Below, piece after piece: positions 13,359-26,390 of a stretch of DNA of 64,000 bases. How positions within the stretch are numbered: position 1 is the first letter of the stretch; the number at the start of each line of letters is the position of its first letter. Position numbers and translations under genes: made by a program. Source of the stretch: Octopus bimaculoides (Eukaryota); contig NC_068990.1 of assembly GCF_001194135.2 (NCBI RefSeq), positions 73,945,408-74,009,407 on the forward strand, read 5' to 3'. The notes beneath the pieces were generated by a model that ran no database searches, was not told the origin of the DNA, and was given only the letters and a program-made list of their open reading frames with translations.

Positions 13359-14556
13359 AAGTGAGTGAATTAGAAGTACAGATTTGTTTACATTACTATA
13401 GTTCATTATCACAGCTAAGTCTTTTTTAATATTTCAGTTTTATTTCAGTACTTCTAGATTTCAATGACCCTTAAACGATAACAGGTAAAGTTGACCTCAG
13501 CAGAATTTGAACTCAGAGTGTAAAAATGAATGAAACGCCACTAAGCTAAAATTTCAGCCTATAATAAATTAACAATAAAAATATGTATTGCTGCAACTTC
13601 AAGCAATTTTAAAGTTTATAACTCTTTATCCATTGGGCTGGACTGATTGACTGATTGGTGTTCTCATCCATAAATAAATAAACTGGAAGTTGGGACTGGA
13701 TATGGATGAGTGTATATTTTGGGAAGTGTGCTTTATTGGAGTGTAAACTTTATCACTCTCCACCCATAGAAAGCATTTCAAAGCTTGATGTTGGTGGTTG
13801 GCACCACAGTCTTGCAGTTTGCTCGGTCATGTCAAACAATCCAACTCATGGACATTAAAGGATAATGACAGTGAGAACAACAATGACGATGAAGACGATG
13901 ATGATGACAACAATGATGACAACAACTTCGATATGACAATGATGAGGATGATGACAATGATGGCGACAATGACTGTTGATGATGATAGAGATGTTGAGAC
14001 ACTAAACTGTATTTTCATGTGCTTTGTTCTCCCTCTGCATTTAATGGAGGTAATCTGTTTCAAAATGAAGCATATCTGTGCAATTATGCATATTAATCTG
14101 TATTGAAACATTCATTTCCGCTCTGATTAACATAGTGAGGAAATAGAAAAATCACAGATGCTGTCAACCACCAAACTAGAGAGACATCTGTCATTAAGAA
14201 ACAGAACACTATCCTAAACGAATAGGAGAATCAGTAACACACTTAAATACATGTTTAGCAACTCCAACTTATGAAAAGATATATATGTCTGTGTATTCAG
14301 TCTGAATGTTGAGCACTAATTTACTGATTTTACTGATGTGAACACAAATAAATCAATCAGTTTTCAGCAAGGAAACTTAGACTAAAAGCAAGTCTTCCAG
14401 TCAGTTAGTTATATTATCAATTTTCTATTATTCTGTCATGTTATTTTGTAGCTTTTATGTCACTCATACATAACTGCTCTGATATACAATCTTGAGTATC
14501 TGTCTGTCTGTGTAGCACCCACACCAACACTGTGTGTTGTCTATATCCATCCATCC

Positions 14557-14602
<46 letters not shown>

Positions 14603-14732
14603 TTATATGTATATATATATATTTATATGCAGTTAAATTTATGTCTGGTCATAGAGTGACCAATGCTTTCACATCCATAAAGGGCCTAGCCCCATGAACA
14701 ACTCATCAGACTCTAATATATATATATAGGGA

Positions 14733-14765
<33 letters not shown>

Positions 14766-14775
14766 NNNNNNNNNN

Positions 14776-14816
<41 letters not shown>

Positions 14817-15743
14817 CTTAATACACAGGTATGTATGCAAGTTTTACTTTCTCGCTCTCTCTCTTTCTATATAGATATGTAGGTATGTATTTGAATGTAA
14901 TTATGTTTAAATGCTTAAGTAGATGTATATGTACATAAACATATATAGATATGCACATACATTATAAACATCTTCCTGCTTACGCACACATGTATATATT
15001 ATGTAAGTATAGACACCTGTATGTACAGATATGTTTTATTATGAGAATATTCTACAGACAATTTTATACATCAAGACTATTCATTTAAGATTACTTTTGA
15101 GGATATCTATTTTCTCGCATGTAGTCTATTAAAATTTCAGCAAATCTATGTGCTTTGGGGACATTTGGAATTTGTGTTCATTGAATGAAAGGTCTCAGTC
15201 TAGAAGAAAAAAATATATTTGCCAAATGCTTTTGACAATTATATTTGAAAAATGTTTACAGAAATTTATAAGAAGATCAAGATCGAAAAAATTCTTATAA
15301 AGACATTTAGCATTAAATCAATGAATTTTCTTTTTTTTTCTTTTTCCTTAATGTAATATTTGTATCATCGCTCTCAAAGTCCTTGTTGGTTTAGAAAGAA
15401 AGGATTTTTTTGTCATCATTGTGAAAGAATTCTTTTTTTCTATCTGAACTTATTAGAGATATATAGAGGAATCCCTCCCGAGAACAGCAACAGTTCACAA
15501 TATTTCAATTTAGTAATAGAGTATGTTTTGTCAAATAAATCTTTAAGATTCTCAAGGGAAATAAGAAAAATATTAAATTTTAAATACTTTCACTCATAAT
15601 TTAAATATCAACTTAAATTATGGTTTTTTTTTAAATTTAGGTTTTCATTCTCTAAATTTTAATACAAAATAAATAATAACAATAACATAATAAATGACAA
15701 GAACAGAAATAATATTAATAGTAGTAATGAATCAAATTAATTA

Positions 15744-15791
<48 letters not shown>

Positions 15792-15829
15792 ATGTATGCG
15801 TNNNNNNNNNNATGCATGCATGCACACAC

Positions 15830-15867
<38 letters not shown>

Positions 15868-16544
15868 ACACATACAGCTCCCAAAAGCCCAGATGAAAAT
15901 CAACAATCTGTATGTATGTGTGTATGTGTGTTTTTGCATGTGTGTATTTATGTATGCATATATATGCACAATTTAAAAGAATTAATCAAGGTAAAAATTT
16001 ATTGTATATTGAAACGATGATGTAATTTTCAAGGAATCTATTATTGCTTGCAAAAAATTTTGAGTATTTCTAAAAAAATATTCATAGTATTTATTTCTTG
16101 ATGTATTTACTTTTGTAGTTGTTGAATTATTATTATAAAAAAAGAAACATTTCTAAATAATTTTTTCCCCCTGCAATTGTAATCTGATGTTATAGTACTT
16201 TATGACGCTTAATTACAGCCCAGAAGTACATTTCCAATAACTAGTTTGAATTTACTTTATTGTTTTCATAAGATGACTTAAGTTAAAATAGACAACCCAT
16301 TCTTGAAAACTGCTGGTGTCTGACTTAATAAAGTTGAAAAGTTAATGGCTTATCCCTCATCAATTTCATTGTAGAAAATCTAATGCTAAACTAATTATCT
16401 TTTAAGAACGACCACTCAATCTAACAAGCTTGGTATGGATTGTTGTTGTTATTTTTTAATTCCAAATTAGTCCTGATTGAGCAGATTTATATAAACAAAA
16501 GGATTCCAATCATAATGACTATTATATGTTTGTTTTACAGTGTT

Positions 16545-17216
16545 CTTTTATTCTTTTTCTTGTTTCAGTCATTTGACTGCGGCCATGCTGAAGCACAATC
16601 TTGAAAGGTTTCAGTTGAACAAATCTGTGCCAGGATTTATTTCTTAAGCCTAGTACTTGTTCTATCAATCTTTTCTGCTGAATCACTAAGTTACAGGAAC
16701 ATAAACACACCAACACTGGTTGTCAAGTGGTCATGGGGAAAAACACATATACAAAGACACGTATATAGATATATACATACATACAGATATATATATATAT
16801 ANNNNNNNNNNNNNNNNNNNNNNNNNNNNNNNNNNNNNNNNNNNNNNNNNNNNNNNNNNNNNNNNNNNNNNNNNNNNNNNNNNNNNNNNNNNNNNNNNNN
16901 NNNNNNNNNNNNNNNNNNNNNNNNNNNNNNNNNNNNNNNNNNNNNNNNNNNNNNNNNNNNNNNNNNNNNNNNNNNNNNNNNNNNNNNNNNNNNNNNNNNN
17001 NNNNNNNNNNNNNNNNNNNNNNNNNNNNNNNNNTATATATATATATGTATATATGTATATATATGTATATATGTATATATACGACCAGCTTCTTTCAGTT
17101 TCCGTCTACCAAATCCACTCACAAGGCTTTACTCAGCCCTAGGCTATAGCAGATGACACTTGCAAAAGGTGTCATGTAGTGGAACTGAACCTGGAACCAT
17201 TTGGTTGGGAAGCAAG
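16545..17216 (-). mobile_element. same SINE family, internal microsatellite spans an assembly gap
   Basis: Tail at 16545-16740, (TA)n plus N-gap, head at about 17080-17216. Confidence 0.8.
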
Positions 17217-17251
17217 TGATTTTAGTAACATTTAGTTGCTATTCTGTATGA

Positions 17252-17473
17252 TCCTTTAGCATTCAGATTACTCTGTCAAAATATAATGCTTATTTGTACA
17301 TATTGTTTTGAATTCTTCATGTGTCGTCTCATAGTTTCAAGATTTTGATGATGTAGTCATTTATTTTTGGAACGGTATTGCAGGACAGGTGTAAGAGGCA
17401 AAATAGGGTTTGTTTAAACATAAAAATAGATAAAATGTTTAGGCTGGATATGATTGGTTTAAAGTCTAAAGAG
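17252..17473 (-). mobile_element. TTAA MITE, same family, reverse orientation
   Basis: It runs TCCTTTAGCATTC...AAGTCTAAAGAG|TTAA, and the interior is the reverse complement of the 11039 copy. Confidence 0.65.
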
Positions 17474-18576
17474 TTAAGCATCCACATTAGGGTGCTTAAT
17501 CTTGTCGTGGGTAAACCGCTGCCTGTGTGAGGCATGCAGCCTATTGGACTTTCTTAATAATATGTCAACATAGAATAAGTATTAGGGTTAAGAAATAAGT
17601 CCTGGGGTTGATTTGTTTGTAGTACTTCAAGGCAGTACTACAACATAATCACAGCCAAATAGCTGAAGCAAGTGAACAAATAATATTGGTTTCAAATGTT
17701 GGTGCAAGGCCAGCAATTTACATTGACCTTAGTGTATGACTGGTACTTATTTTATTGACCCCCCCCCCAAAAAAAAAGGATGAAAGGTAAAGTTGACCTT
17801 GGTGGAATTTGAACTCAGAACATTAAGACGGACAAAATGCTGCTGAGCAATTTTACCTGGCATGTGAACGGTTCTGCCTGTTCACCACCTTATGTGCCAG
17901 CATAACCTTGAATTATTTTAGTAGTGTGGCCTGTCTGACTATGAGCAATGTCACATGTGGCCTGCTTCTCATAAAATGTGGCCTATGCCTGGCTTAAACG
18001 ATGAGTTTATGTACATTGCTGTAATCATTGAACATCAACACTGTATAATTTGACAACAATTCTGTCAACTATCAAATCTGTATTAAATTCCTTCTAAACT
18101 AGAAGTGAGAAAGTAATAGTAATCTAAGTCATTGTGCCTTTTCTTTTAATCAATGCATGGAGATAAAGACATCAGTGTTGTTTGATTAACTCAATGGATA
18201 ACTCCTTTACAAAATACAATTGAAATATGTTTGTCTCTATGGATCTCACAGTTTGGTATGCATTTAATTTTATAGGAATTTATTAATATGACTGATATTT
18301 TAATATAGAAATTAATTCACATGACTTTAGGGGATAATTTAGACTTGAAAGCATTATAAACTATATTTATTAAATTATCTTATATTTACATTTCGTATTT
18401 CATGAAACATTGTGCAAACTGTGTGGCTAAGTGCCAAATTTATTATTAGTTTTGGATTTATGAAGGGAACCAAGTTTTAGAAAGTGAACTAGGCTTCTAT
18501 TCTATCATAGTTAAGATAAACTGGTGTACTACAATATCTAAGTTAGGATAGATTGGTACACTTACTTTGTAATATA

Positions 18577-18793
18577 TGAGGGGCCGCTGCAAAGTTCCTG
18601 GTTTTAAGGGTGTTATGCAAGGCCTGGTTGGAGGTTCAACCTTCTGAGTTCTTTTACAGGGCTTAGAAAAACTGAAGAACTGCTGCAATAAATGTGTGAA
18701 TCTGTGAGGAGAATATGTTGAATAAAATCATAATTAATTGATCCTCCTGTATTTTATTTTACGCAAAGCCAAGAACTTTTCAGCACATCCTTG
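18577..18793 (+). mobile_element. mariner-derived MITE (~217 bp)
   Basis: TA flanks both ends. The degenerate TIRs are TGAGGGGCCGCTGCAAAGTTCCTGG / CCAAGAACTTTTCAGCACATCCTTG. It retains a mariner C-terminus, LQGLEKLKNCCNKCVNL*GEYVE*. Confidence 0.8.
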
Positions 18794-19202
18794 TAAGAGT
18801 ATGAACAAAGAGCTGGCTTAGCTTCGGGGATGCCTCATCAAATAGCTTGATCAACATTAGAATCTACTACATTGGGCATTTAATTCTGATTTATGTTAGT
18901 GACAAACAAATTACCGACTGGATAAGATGTCGATCTTAATAAATAATATTTTTCCTAGGTACAACTGAACTCAGCACTGAATGCAAACAAAACTCTCACC
19001 TGTGTGATAGTGTTGTCATTTCTTTTAACATGTGATTGACTAGAAATACCAGTCAACTTTTCTTCAAATTATTGTCTACTGTATTAAACAATAAAAGGAG
19101 GGCACACTGGATAAGTTATTCTTAGATGTACAGTGTTTGAAAGAAAGAAGGAATGGCTAAGACTGGAATGTCTCCGATCATAAACCAGAGCAGTCAGAGA
19201 CC

Positions 19203-19235
<33 letters not shown>

Positions 19236-19286
19236 CTTACTGGCACATAAGTAGGCTGTTGAGTGTTAAATATCTTGGTCACTCAT

Positions 19287-19317
<31 letters not shown>

Positions 19318-19319
19318 AG

Positions 19320-19350
<31 letters not shown>

Positions 19351-20207
19351 ATCATTTAACATGTATGTCATGGACACAATACAGCTCTAGTGTCAAAATA
19401 CAAACTGTTTTGGCTTGATTATCCATGGTTTATTCTCATCAGCTAATAATATCAGTCACCAAATTAAGAAAAATATATGTCAAAAGAAAAAAAATAAAGT
19501 CAAACTATTATTAAAAGATAAAGAAGTAAACTTTTAAAAATATAGGAATGAAACTTGCTTTTTTTCTGTATGGCTAGATTCTCATTTTGATAAACTTGCA
19601 CAGTAAGATAAATATCAGAAATTGAATTTCGATTGTGAAAGTACATTCTAACACTGATAATTTATGAAAATTATTCCCTTTAGCTAAAAAGAAAAGTGAA
19701 AATATATATAAAAAAAGAGCATATGTATAATAATGAATTAGTTATATTTGTTTGTGCTAAGCAAATATTTTTCATCTTACCAGTTAATCTTACATTTGTG
19801 TGATCAAATTCTACAAAATATTTTTTTTTTAAATTTCAATTCTTTGTCTCTTTGATCTTTTTTAACACTTATGAAATTCTACCAATGACAGACAATAAGT
19901 AAGCAGTAATGAAATTTGAAATAATCTATAAAAATTGTTAGTTTTGCTCATTATTCTTAAATATTGGTGTTTACAGTCATGATGTAACAATCTTCTCATT
20001 GTCTGAAATATTATCACTTCCAGCCAGTTCCATTAAGGAAGCCATTCCCAATGTGTGATGTTTATCTCTGTATAAATTTGCATTAAATTTATGTATAAGT
20101 ATGAGTTCTTCCTACCTGCAAACAAATTGGAAAGGTCTCTAATCATTAACTACTCAGGGGAGAGAGGAAATTAGCGGAAAAGACAGTGTGGAGAATAGAA
20201 ACATGGT

Positions 20208-20447
20208 GGAGGCACGTGGCTTAGTGGTTAGGGTGTTGGACTCATGACCGTGAGATTGTGGTTTGAATTCTTGGACTGGCCAACATGTTGTGTTCTTGAG
20301 CAAAGCACTTCATTTCATGTTACTGCAGTCCACTTAGCTGGCAAAAAGGAGAAACCCTGTGATGGACTGCTGTCCCATCCAGATGGGAAATATATACACC
20401 TTGAAACCGAGAAACCAGCACTTATGAGTTGGTATGGCTTGAGAAGG
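20208..20447 (+). mobile_element. tRNA-derived CORE-like SINE (other copies ~1225-1350, 33975-34120, 51801-51908 on +; 38800-38908, 59600-59680 on -)
   Basis: It has a tRNA-like head with A/B-box-like motifs (GTGGCTTAGTGGTTAGG...GGTTTGAATTC), followed by TGTGTTCTTGAGCAAAGCACTT, which resembles the CORE domain. Confidence 0.75.
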
Positions 20448-20589
20448 TAAGTTTTTTTAATAGAAACATGAGAAAGAGAGGAGGAGAGGTGTAAAACCAG
20501 TGTGAGTAATCTTTCACAATGTTCTTGATTCAAGTGTTGGCATTGAGGGAAGGAGCGGGGCACCACAGAAATGGTAGATGGTTTATGGC

Positions 20590-20920
20590 ACAAACAAAAA
20601 TAACTTTAAACTTGCTAAAATAATATTTGGGATGCCTTTGTTTCTAAGTATAGCTGCAGATGCGTTACCTAAGATTAATTTTGAGGATCTGATCAAAGAC
20701 CTTGCAATTCAAAAAGGTAAGAGGAAACTTTCAAATATAAATAAGGTGGAATTATACAAAAATAAGCATTATTTTCCCTTTTACTGTTTTGCTTTGTTTT
20801 GAAAAATAAAACATTATTTTATGGTTTGTTACTGTTTATATTTTGAATTACATAATCCTTTATGTGGGCACCAAAATCTTTTAAGCGCCTAGAGCCTTGA
20901 TGGGTTTTAATCCAGCCTTG
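20590..20920 (+). mobile_element. probable hAT transposon 3' end (dimerisation-domain tail)
   Basis: LFLSIAADALPKINFEDLIKDLAIQKGKRK resembles the hATC tail LSIE....LDFDDLI.DFA.KKARK. The terminus GCGCCTAGAGCC..TAATCCAGCCTTG resembles the CAGGGCCGGATTA-type TIRs of such elements. Confidence 0.45.
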
Positions 20921-22760
20921 CATATGTTATATGCATTTGTGATTCAATTATCATCTTTAACATTTCTTGCTGCAGAAATCAGATATAACCACTCAAAGTT
21001 CCATTACTCTTAAGAGCGGAAAGCAGTTTTATACAGAAATCTATTTTTTGTTAAGGAAATTCCTGTTTGAAAATATCATTTGTTTAGATATATCAAATTT
21101 GTTGAGGCAACATAATTTGCAGAAAATACCATTTCTATTTATTTTAGTAGATGTTTGATATCATTGCTGGAATAATCATGAAATTTAATTTTACTGTTAA
21201 AGGGTTAAAAACACCAAATATCATCATCAACATTGTAGTTTTGATATCCACTTTACTTCATTTTCATGATTTAGATGTAATTCATTGAGGTACGTTTTCA
21301 GTGACTGGATGCTCTCCTTGTTGCCAAACTTCACCTGTTCTCAAGTAAGTTATTTGACCATGACTCGATATGTGTTCATAGAAGATTGGAAATGAATGAT
21401 ATTGCTTGTATGATGGCAATACTCATTTTACAATTATTATGCGATGTCAAAACAAGGAAGCACGCACACACACACACACACAATGGAATTCATTCAGTTT
21501 CCATCTCCTAAATCCTAACATATAGCTTTGATTGATTCAGGGCTAAATTAAAATACACTTGCTCATGTCACCATACAGTGGGATTGACCTTGAATTAGTG
21601 TGGCTGGACAGTAAACTTCCTGTGCCTCATATAAAACATTATTATACAAATGCTTTTATTATTGACTGCACACTACTCTCCTCATTTTACTCACATACAA
21701 TATCACCTTATGTTAATATCTTATATTTTCATTGGACTTGCTGAGTGTTCTCTTCAAACTTTTCCTGTTCAGTGTTATATCAGGGGGAAATATTATTTAC
21801 TGACAATTACAAAAGAGTTTACTACAAAATGTTGTAAACAGCATTTCAGATATGAAATAGTGCCCAGAAACTAATCCCTTATAGATTTATTGAGAGTTAG
21901 TTTCATGAGAAAAACTGTCAAATTCTTGATGTACTTTCAGGTTCATCACTCTTTTCACAGTGAGGACTTCAAACACAGTATGGCTATAAAAGTGGGTTTG
22001 GCAGTAAGTACTTGCCAGCAGTATGGTCCTGTGTTCAAACCCACTACATGGCACCTTCAGCAAGTCCCTTCTGCTATAGCTCCAGGCTGATCAAACTTTG
22101 TGATTAAATTTGGTATATGGAAACTGAAAGAAGCCTGTTGTATATATGCATGTGCACATGGTGAGGCTCCAGTGTGGAAGTTGTGGAATGCCCCTTAAAT
22201 ATCATTTCTCCCAAGATCCATTCTGACCTGAAAAAGTTGAACCTGTTAGAATCCCATCTTTTGAACTATATAAATTTCACAGGGATAGATGAGGGTCCCA
22301 TTATTTTTGACAAAGCTGTGGAAGAGGCAGCTCTTCTAAGAGAAAGATAGTCCAAGATAAAATTTGCAGTCAAAATAGTACCAGTTATTTTGCAATGCTT
22401 GTCACTGGAATCTAGTATGGTTGTACAAGATTTTGTCACTTAAATCCAATGACATATAGACATTTCATTATCATTAATGTGAGACAGTTATCATCTGAGA
22501 TGAGGCAATGTTCATACATACATATATATATATATATATATANNNNNNNNNNNNNNNNNNNNNNNNNNNNNNNNNNNNNNNNNNNNNNNNNNNNNNNNNN
22601 NNNNNNNNNNNNNNNNNNNNNNNNNNNNNNNNNNNNNNNNNNNNNNNNNNNNNNNNNNNNNNNNNNNNNNNNNNNNNNNNNNNNNNNNNNNNNNNNNNNN
22701 NNNNNNNNNNNNNNNNNNNNNNNNNNNNNNNNNNNNNNNNNNNNNNNNNNNNNNNNNNNN

Positions 22761-22792
<32 letters not shown>

Positions 22793-23689
22793 CACACATA
22801 CATATATCTATAATATAAATTGAACATTTATTCTTTCTTTCTCGAGGTTCACGGCCAAATGGCTGGGTGGATTCACGTGAAAAATAGCACACGTGTGGAG
22901 ACGAGTGCATAGATTAGAACGCACTTTATATTTTTTCCTAGCCCCCATAGTTACCAAGAAAATCGATTAAAACAACGTGCATGCGTGCGTGTATGTGAGT
23001 GTGTGTCACTGAAGCCATTCATACATACATAATTACTCTCTCTTTCACTCTCTCTCGGTTTTTCTCTGTCAATCACCCACACATTCACTCACTACAAAAA
23101 CTGAATAAAAAACTTCAGTTATCTTTCTTCCTCTCTCTCTCTCTCTCTCATACACACACACCATCAACATTACTCTCTGTGTCTCGCACACCCCATCAAA
23201 CATACAAACACACGTCCATTTCATGTCTTTTACTTTCTCTATGATTATACACATGTCCAATACAATAGCTCTCTCATACATTTTCGTCTTCAACAGGTAT
23301 GTATCTATTCTATAATATAAATTGTTTTCCTATAAAAGTATAACAATTACTTATTCCAGACTTCTTCACTTCGCCTTTATCTTCACTTTTCTTAAATTGG
23401 ATACGTCTGCTATTAATTCTTACATACAATTTCCCCGTTAATTCTTACAGCTTCATTTTCTGTTAAAGCAATTCTTAACGTCAACTCCTTACTGCCTCTT
23501 CTATTTTTTTTCTAGCCCCCATACTTACGGAGAACAGCAATTAAAACTTTTTCTAATGCAATTCCCCTTTCTTCGACCAGTAACACAACCAGTTGCTCGT
23601 GCACATTACAGTTTCTCATTCAAACTATATAATACGCAGAATTGTCGCATTAATTCAGTAGGGAGTTTTGAGGGAGATTTGGCTGTTCT

Positions 23690-24712
23690 GGAAAGTTCCG
23701 AGGAGGGGGGAATTATTTCCCGGAAAATTCCGAGGCGGGGGCGAATTACCTCCTGGAAAATTCAAAGGAAGGGTAGGAGGGGAGGAATTACATCCTAGAA
23801 TGTCCCGAGGAAGATGAGGAATTATTTTCTTAAAGTTCCGAGGAGGGGGAGGAAATAATTCATGGAAAGTTACGAGGAGGGGAAGGAATTAATTCCTGGA
23901 AAGTTCCAAGGGTGGGTGGGGTGAATTATTTCCTGGAAAGTTCCAAGGAAAGAAATGAAGGGGAGGAATTACTCCCTAGAAGGGGGAGGGAGCAAATTAC
24001 TTCCTGGAAAGTTTTGAGGAGGAGGGTGAAATTACATCATGGAAATTTCCGAGGAGAGGGAGGAATTAGTTCCAGAAAGTTCCGAGGAGATGGGTGAATA
24101 ACTTCCTGGAAAGTTCCAAGGAAGGGGTGGAATTACTTCGCGGAAAGTTCAAAGGAAAGGGAGGAGGCGAAGGCGCGAATTACTTACTAGAAGGTTCCAA
24201 GGAAGGGAGGAAATACTACCTGGAAAGTTCCGACGAGGGGACGAAATACATCTTAGAAAGTTCGAAGGAAATGAAGAAGGGAGAGGAAATACTTCCAGGA
24301 AAGTTCCAAGGAAGGGAATGAGGAATTATTTCCTGGAAAGTTCCGAGGATAGTTAGGACATACTTCCTGCAACGTTCCGAGGATGGTACTTACATGAAAG
24401 TTCCGATGATGAGCTACTTCCTGGAAAGCTCTGAGAATGGAACTTCCTAGAATGTTCTGAAGATTTCCTGGAAAGTTCTGGAGATGGGATACTTGTAAGA
24501 CAGTTCCCAGGAAAGGGACTTCCTCGAAAGTTCCGAGGAGGGGGCGAATTACTTCATGAAAGGTTCCGAGGCCTATCAGGAAATTCCCGGGAGGAGCTAC
24601 ATTCTGGAAAACTCCGACTATAAACTACTTCCTGGAAAGTTCCGAGTATGACCTACCTCCTGGAAAGTTCCGAGGATGAGCTACTTCCTGGGAAGTTCCG
24701 AGGATGAGAATT
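23690..24712 (+). repeat. purine-rich minisatellite, ~25-35-bp units, core TTCCTGGAAAGTTCC(G/A)AGGA
   Basis: There are roughly 30 degenerate units. TTCC(T/A)GGAA occurs at 23893, 23930, 24001, 24103, 24293, 24330, 24418, 24465 and 24629. Confidence 0.9.
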
Positions 24713-24719
24713 CCTTCTA

Positions 24720-26085
24720 ACCCTTCCTGCCCTTACCCCTCAAACCCCCCTCTCTGGAATGTTGAACATTACTCCGCTTCCTCCCCGTCCCCCTTAAAAT
24801 TCCTCTCTGGAATGTTTAACATACCACCACTTCCCACCTTAAATTCCCCTCTCTGGAATGTTGAACATGCTTCCCTCCACGTACCCTATCACACCCCCCT
24901 CTATAGAATGTTGAACTTCCTATCCTGCCGTTCCTCGCTTTCTCCCTTAGAATCTCCCTATCTGGAATGTTAAACATTCCTTCCTCTACTTCCCACTAAT
25001 GTTGAACNNNNNNNNNNNNNNNNNNNNNNNNNNNNNNNNNNNNNNNNNNNNNNNNNNNNNNNNNNNNNNNNNNNNNNNNNNNNNNNNNNNNNNNNNNNNN
25101 NNNNNNNNNNNNNNNNNNNNNNNNNNNNNNNNNNNNNNNNNNNNNNNNNNNNNNNNNNNNNNNNNNNNNNNNNNNNNNNNNNNNNNNNNNNNNNNNNNNN
25201 NNNNNNNNNNNNNNNNNNNNNNNNNNNNNNNNNNNNNNNNNNNNNNNNNNNNNNNNNNNNNNNNNNNNNNNNNNNNNNNNNNNNNNNNNNNNNNNNNNNN
25301 NNNNNNNNNNNNNNNNNNNNNNNNNNNNNNNNNNNNNNNNNNNNNNNNNNNNNNNNNNNNNNNNNNNNNNNNNNNNNNNNNNNNNNNNNNNNNNNNNNNN
25401 NNNNNNNNNNNNNNNNNNNNNNNNNNNNNNNNNNNNNNNNNNNNNNNNNNNNNNNNNNNNNNNNNNNNNNNNNNNNNNNNNNNNNNNNNNNNNNNNNNNN
25501 NNNNNNNNNNNNNNNNNNNNNNNNNNNNNNNNNNNNNNNNNNNNNNNNNNNNNNNNNNNCCCCCTCTCTGGAATGTTGAACATTCCTTCCTCCCCTTCCT
25601 CTTCAAATCCCCCTCTCTGGAATGTTGAACTTCCCTACCTCCCCTTCCCCCTCAAATACCCCTCTCTGGAATGTTGAACTTCCCTACCTCCCCTTCCACC
25701 CCTACACCCTCAAATCCCCCTCTCTGGAATGTTGAACATTCCTTCCTCCCCTTCCTCTTCAAATCCCCCTCTCTGGAATGTTGAACTTCCCTACCTCTCC
25801 TTCCTCCCTTCACCCTCAAATCCCCCTCTCTGGAGTGTTGAAATTCCTTCCTCCCCTTCCCCTGAAATCCCCCTCTCTGGAATGTTGAGCATTCCTTCCT
25901 CCCCTTCTCCCCATATCCCCTTTCAGGAATGCCGATCTTCCCATCCTCCCCTTCCCCCTCATTTCCCCTCTCTGGAATGTTCAACATTCTTTCCTCCCCT
26001 TCCCCCTCCAATCTACCTCTCTGGAATGTTGAACTTCCCTACCTCCCCTTCCCCCTCTCTGGAATGTTGAACATTCCTTCCTCCC
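24720..26085 (-). repeat. pyrimidine-rich (plus strand) minisatellite, ~40-57-bp units, core CTCTCTGGAATGTTGAAC(A/T)TTCC
   Basis: About 16 units are visible on either side of the 552-nt gap (25008-25559). Spacers are almost pure C/T. Confidence 0.9.
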
Positions 26086-26119
26086 CATGGTGACATAGAC
26101 ATTTAAATGATGATGATGA

Positions 26120-26310
26120 TGTGCCCCCAACCATCGCTTGACAACCAATGTTGGTGTGTTAACATCTTTGTAAGGTAGCGGTTTGCCAAAAAAGACCAAT
26201 AGAATTAGCACTAGACTTACAATGAAAATGTTCTGAAGTCGATTTCTTCTACTAAAACCCTTTAAGGTGATGCTCCAGCATGGCCACAATCAAATGACTG
26301 AAACAAGTAA
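26120..26310 (+). mobile_element. SINE tail of the same family (other tails ~17570-17690, 31200-31310, 41680-41840)
   Basis: It reads ACCATCGCTTGACAACCAATGTTGGTGTGTT...AAATGACTGAAACAAGTAAAAGA. Confidence 0.75.
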
Positions 26311-26356
26311 AAGATTACGAGAATACGTACATGCATGTATATATGTGTGTATATAC

Positions 26357-26390
<34 letters not shown>

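Noticed and set aside
20660-20716. Possible exon ending at AAAAAG|GTAAGA
   Set aside because: The peptide and downstream terminus fit a hAT transposon end better, though this is not certain.
23912-24321. ORFs with repeated NYFLESSKEG peptides, and other ORFs across 23.5-26.3 kb
   Set aside because: They are translations of the minisatellite. Several frames and both strands are open, with no splice or codon evidence.
24720-26085. CRISPR-like layout (palindromic constant repeat plus variable spacers)
   Set aside because: The context is eukaryotic with no cas genes. The spacers are low-complexity C/T tracts related to each other, so this is a minisatellite.
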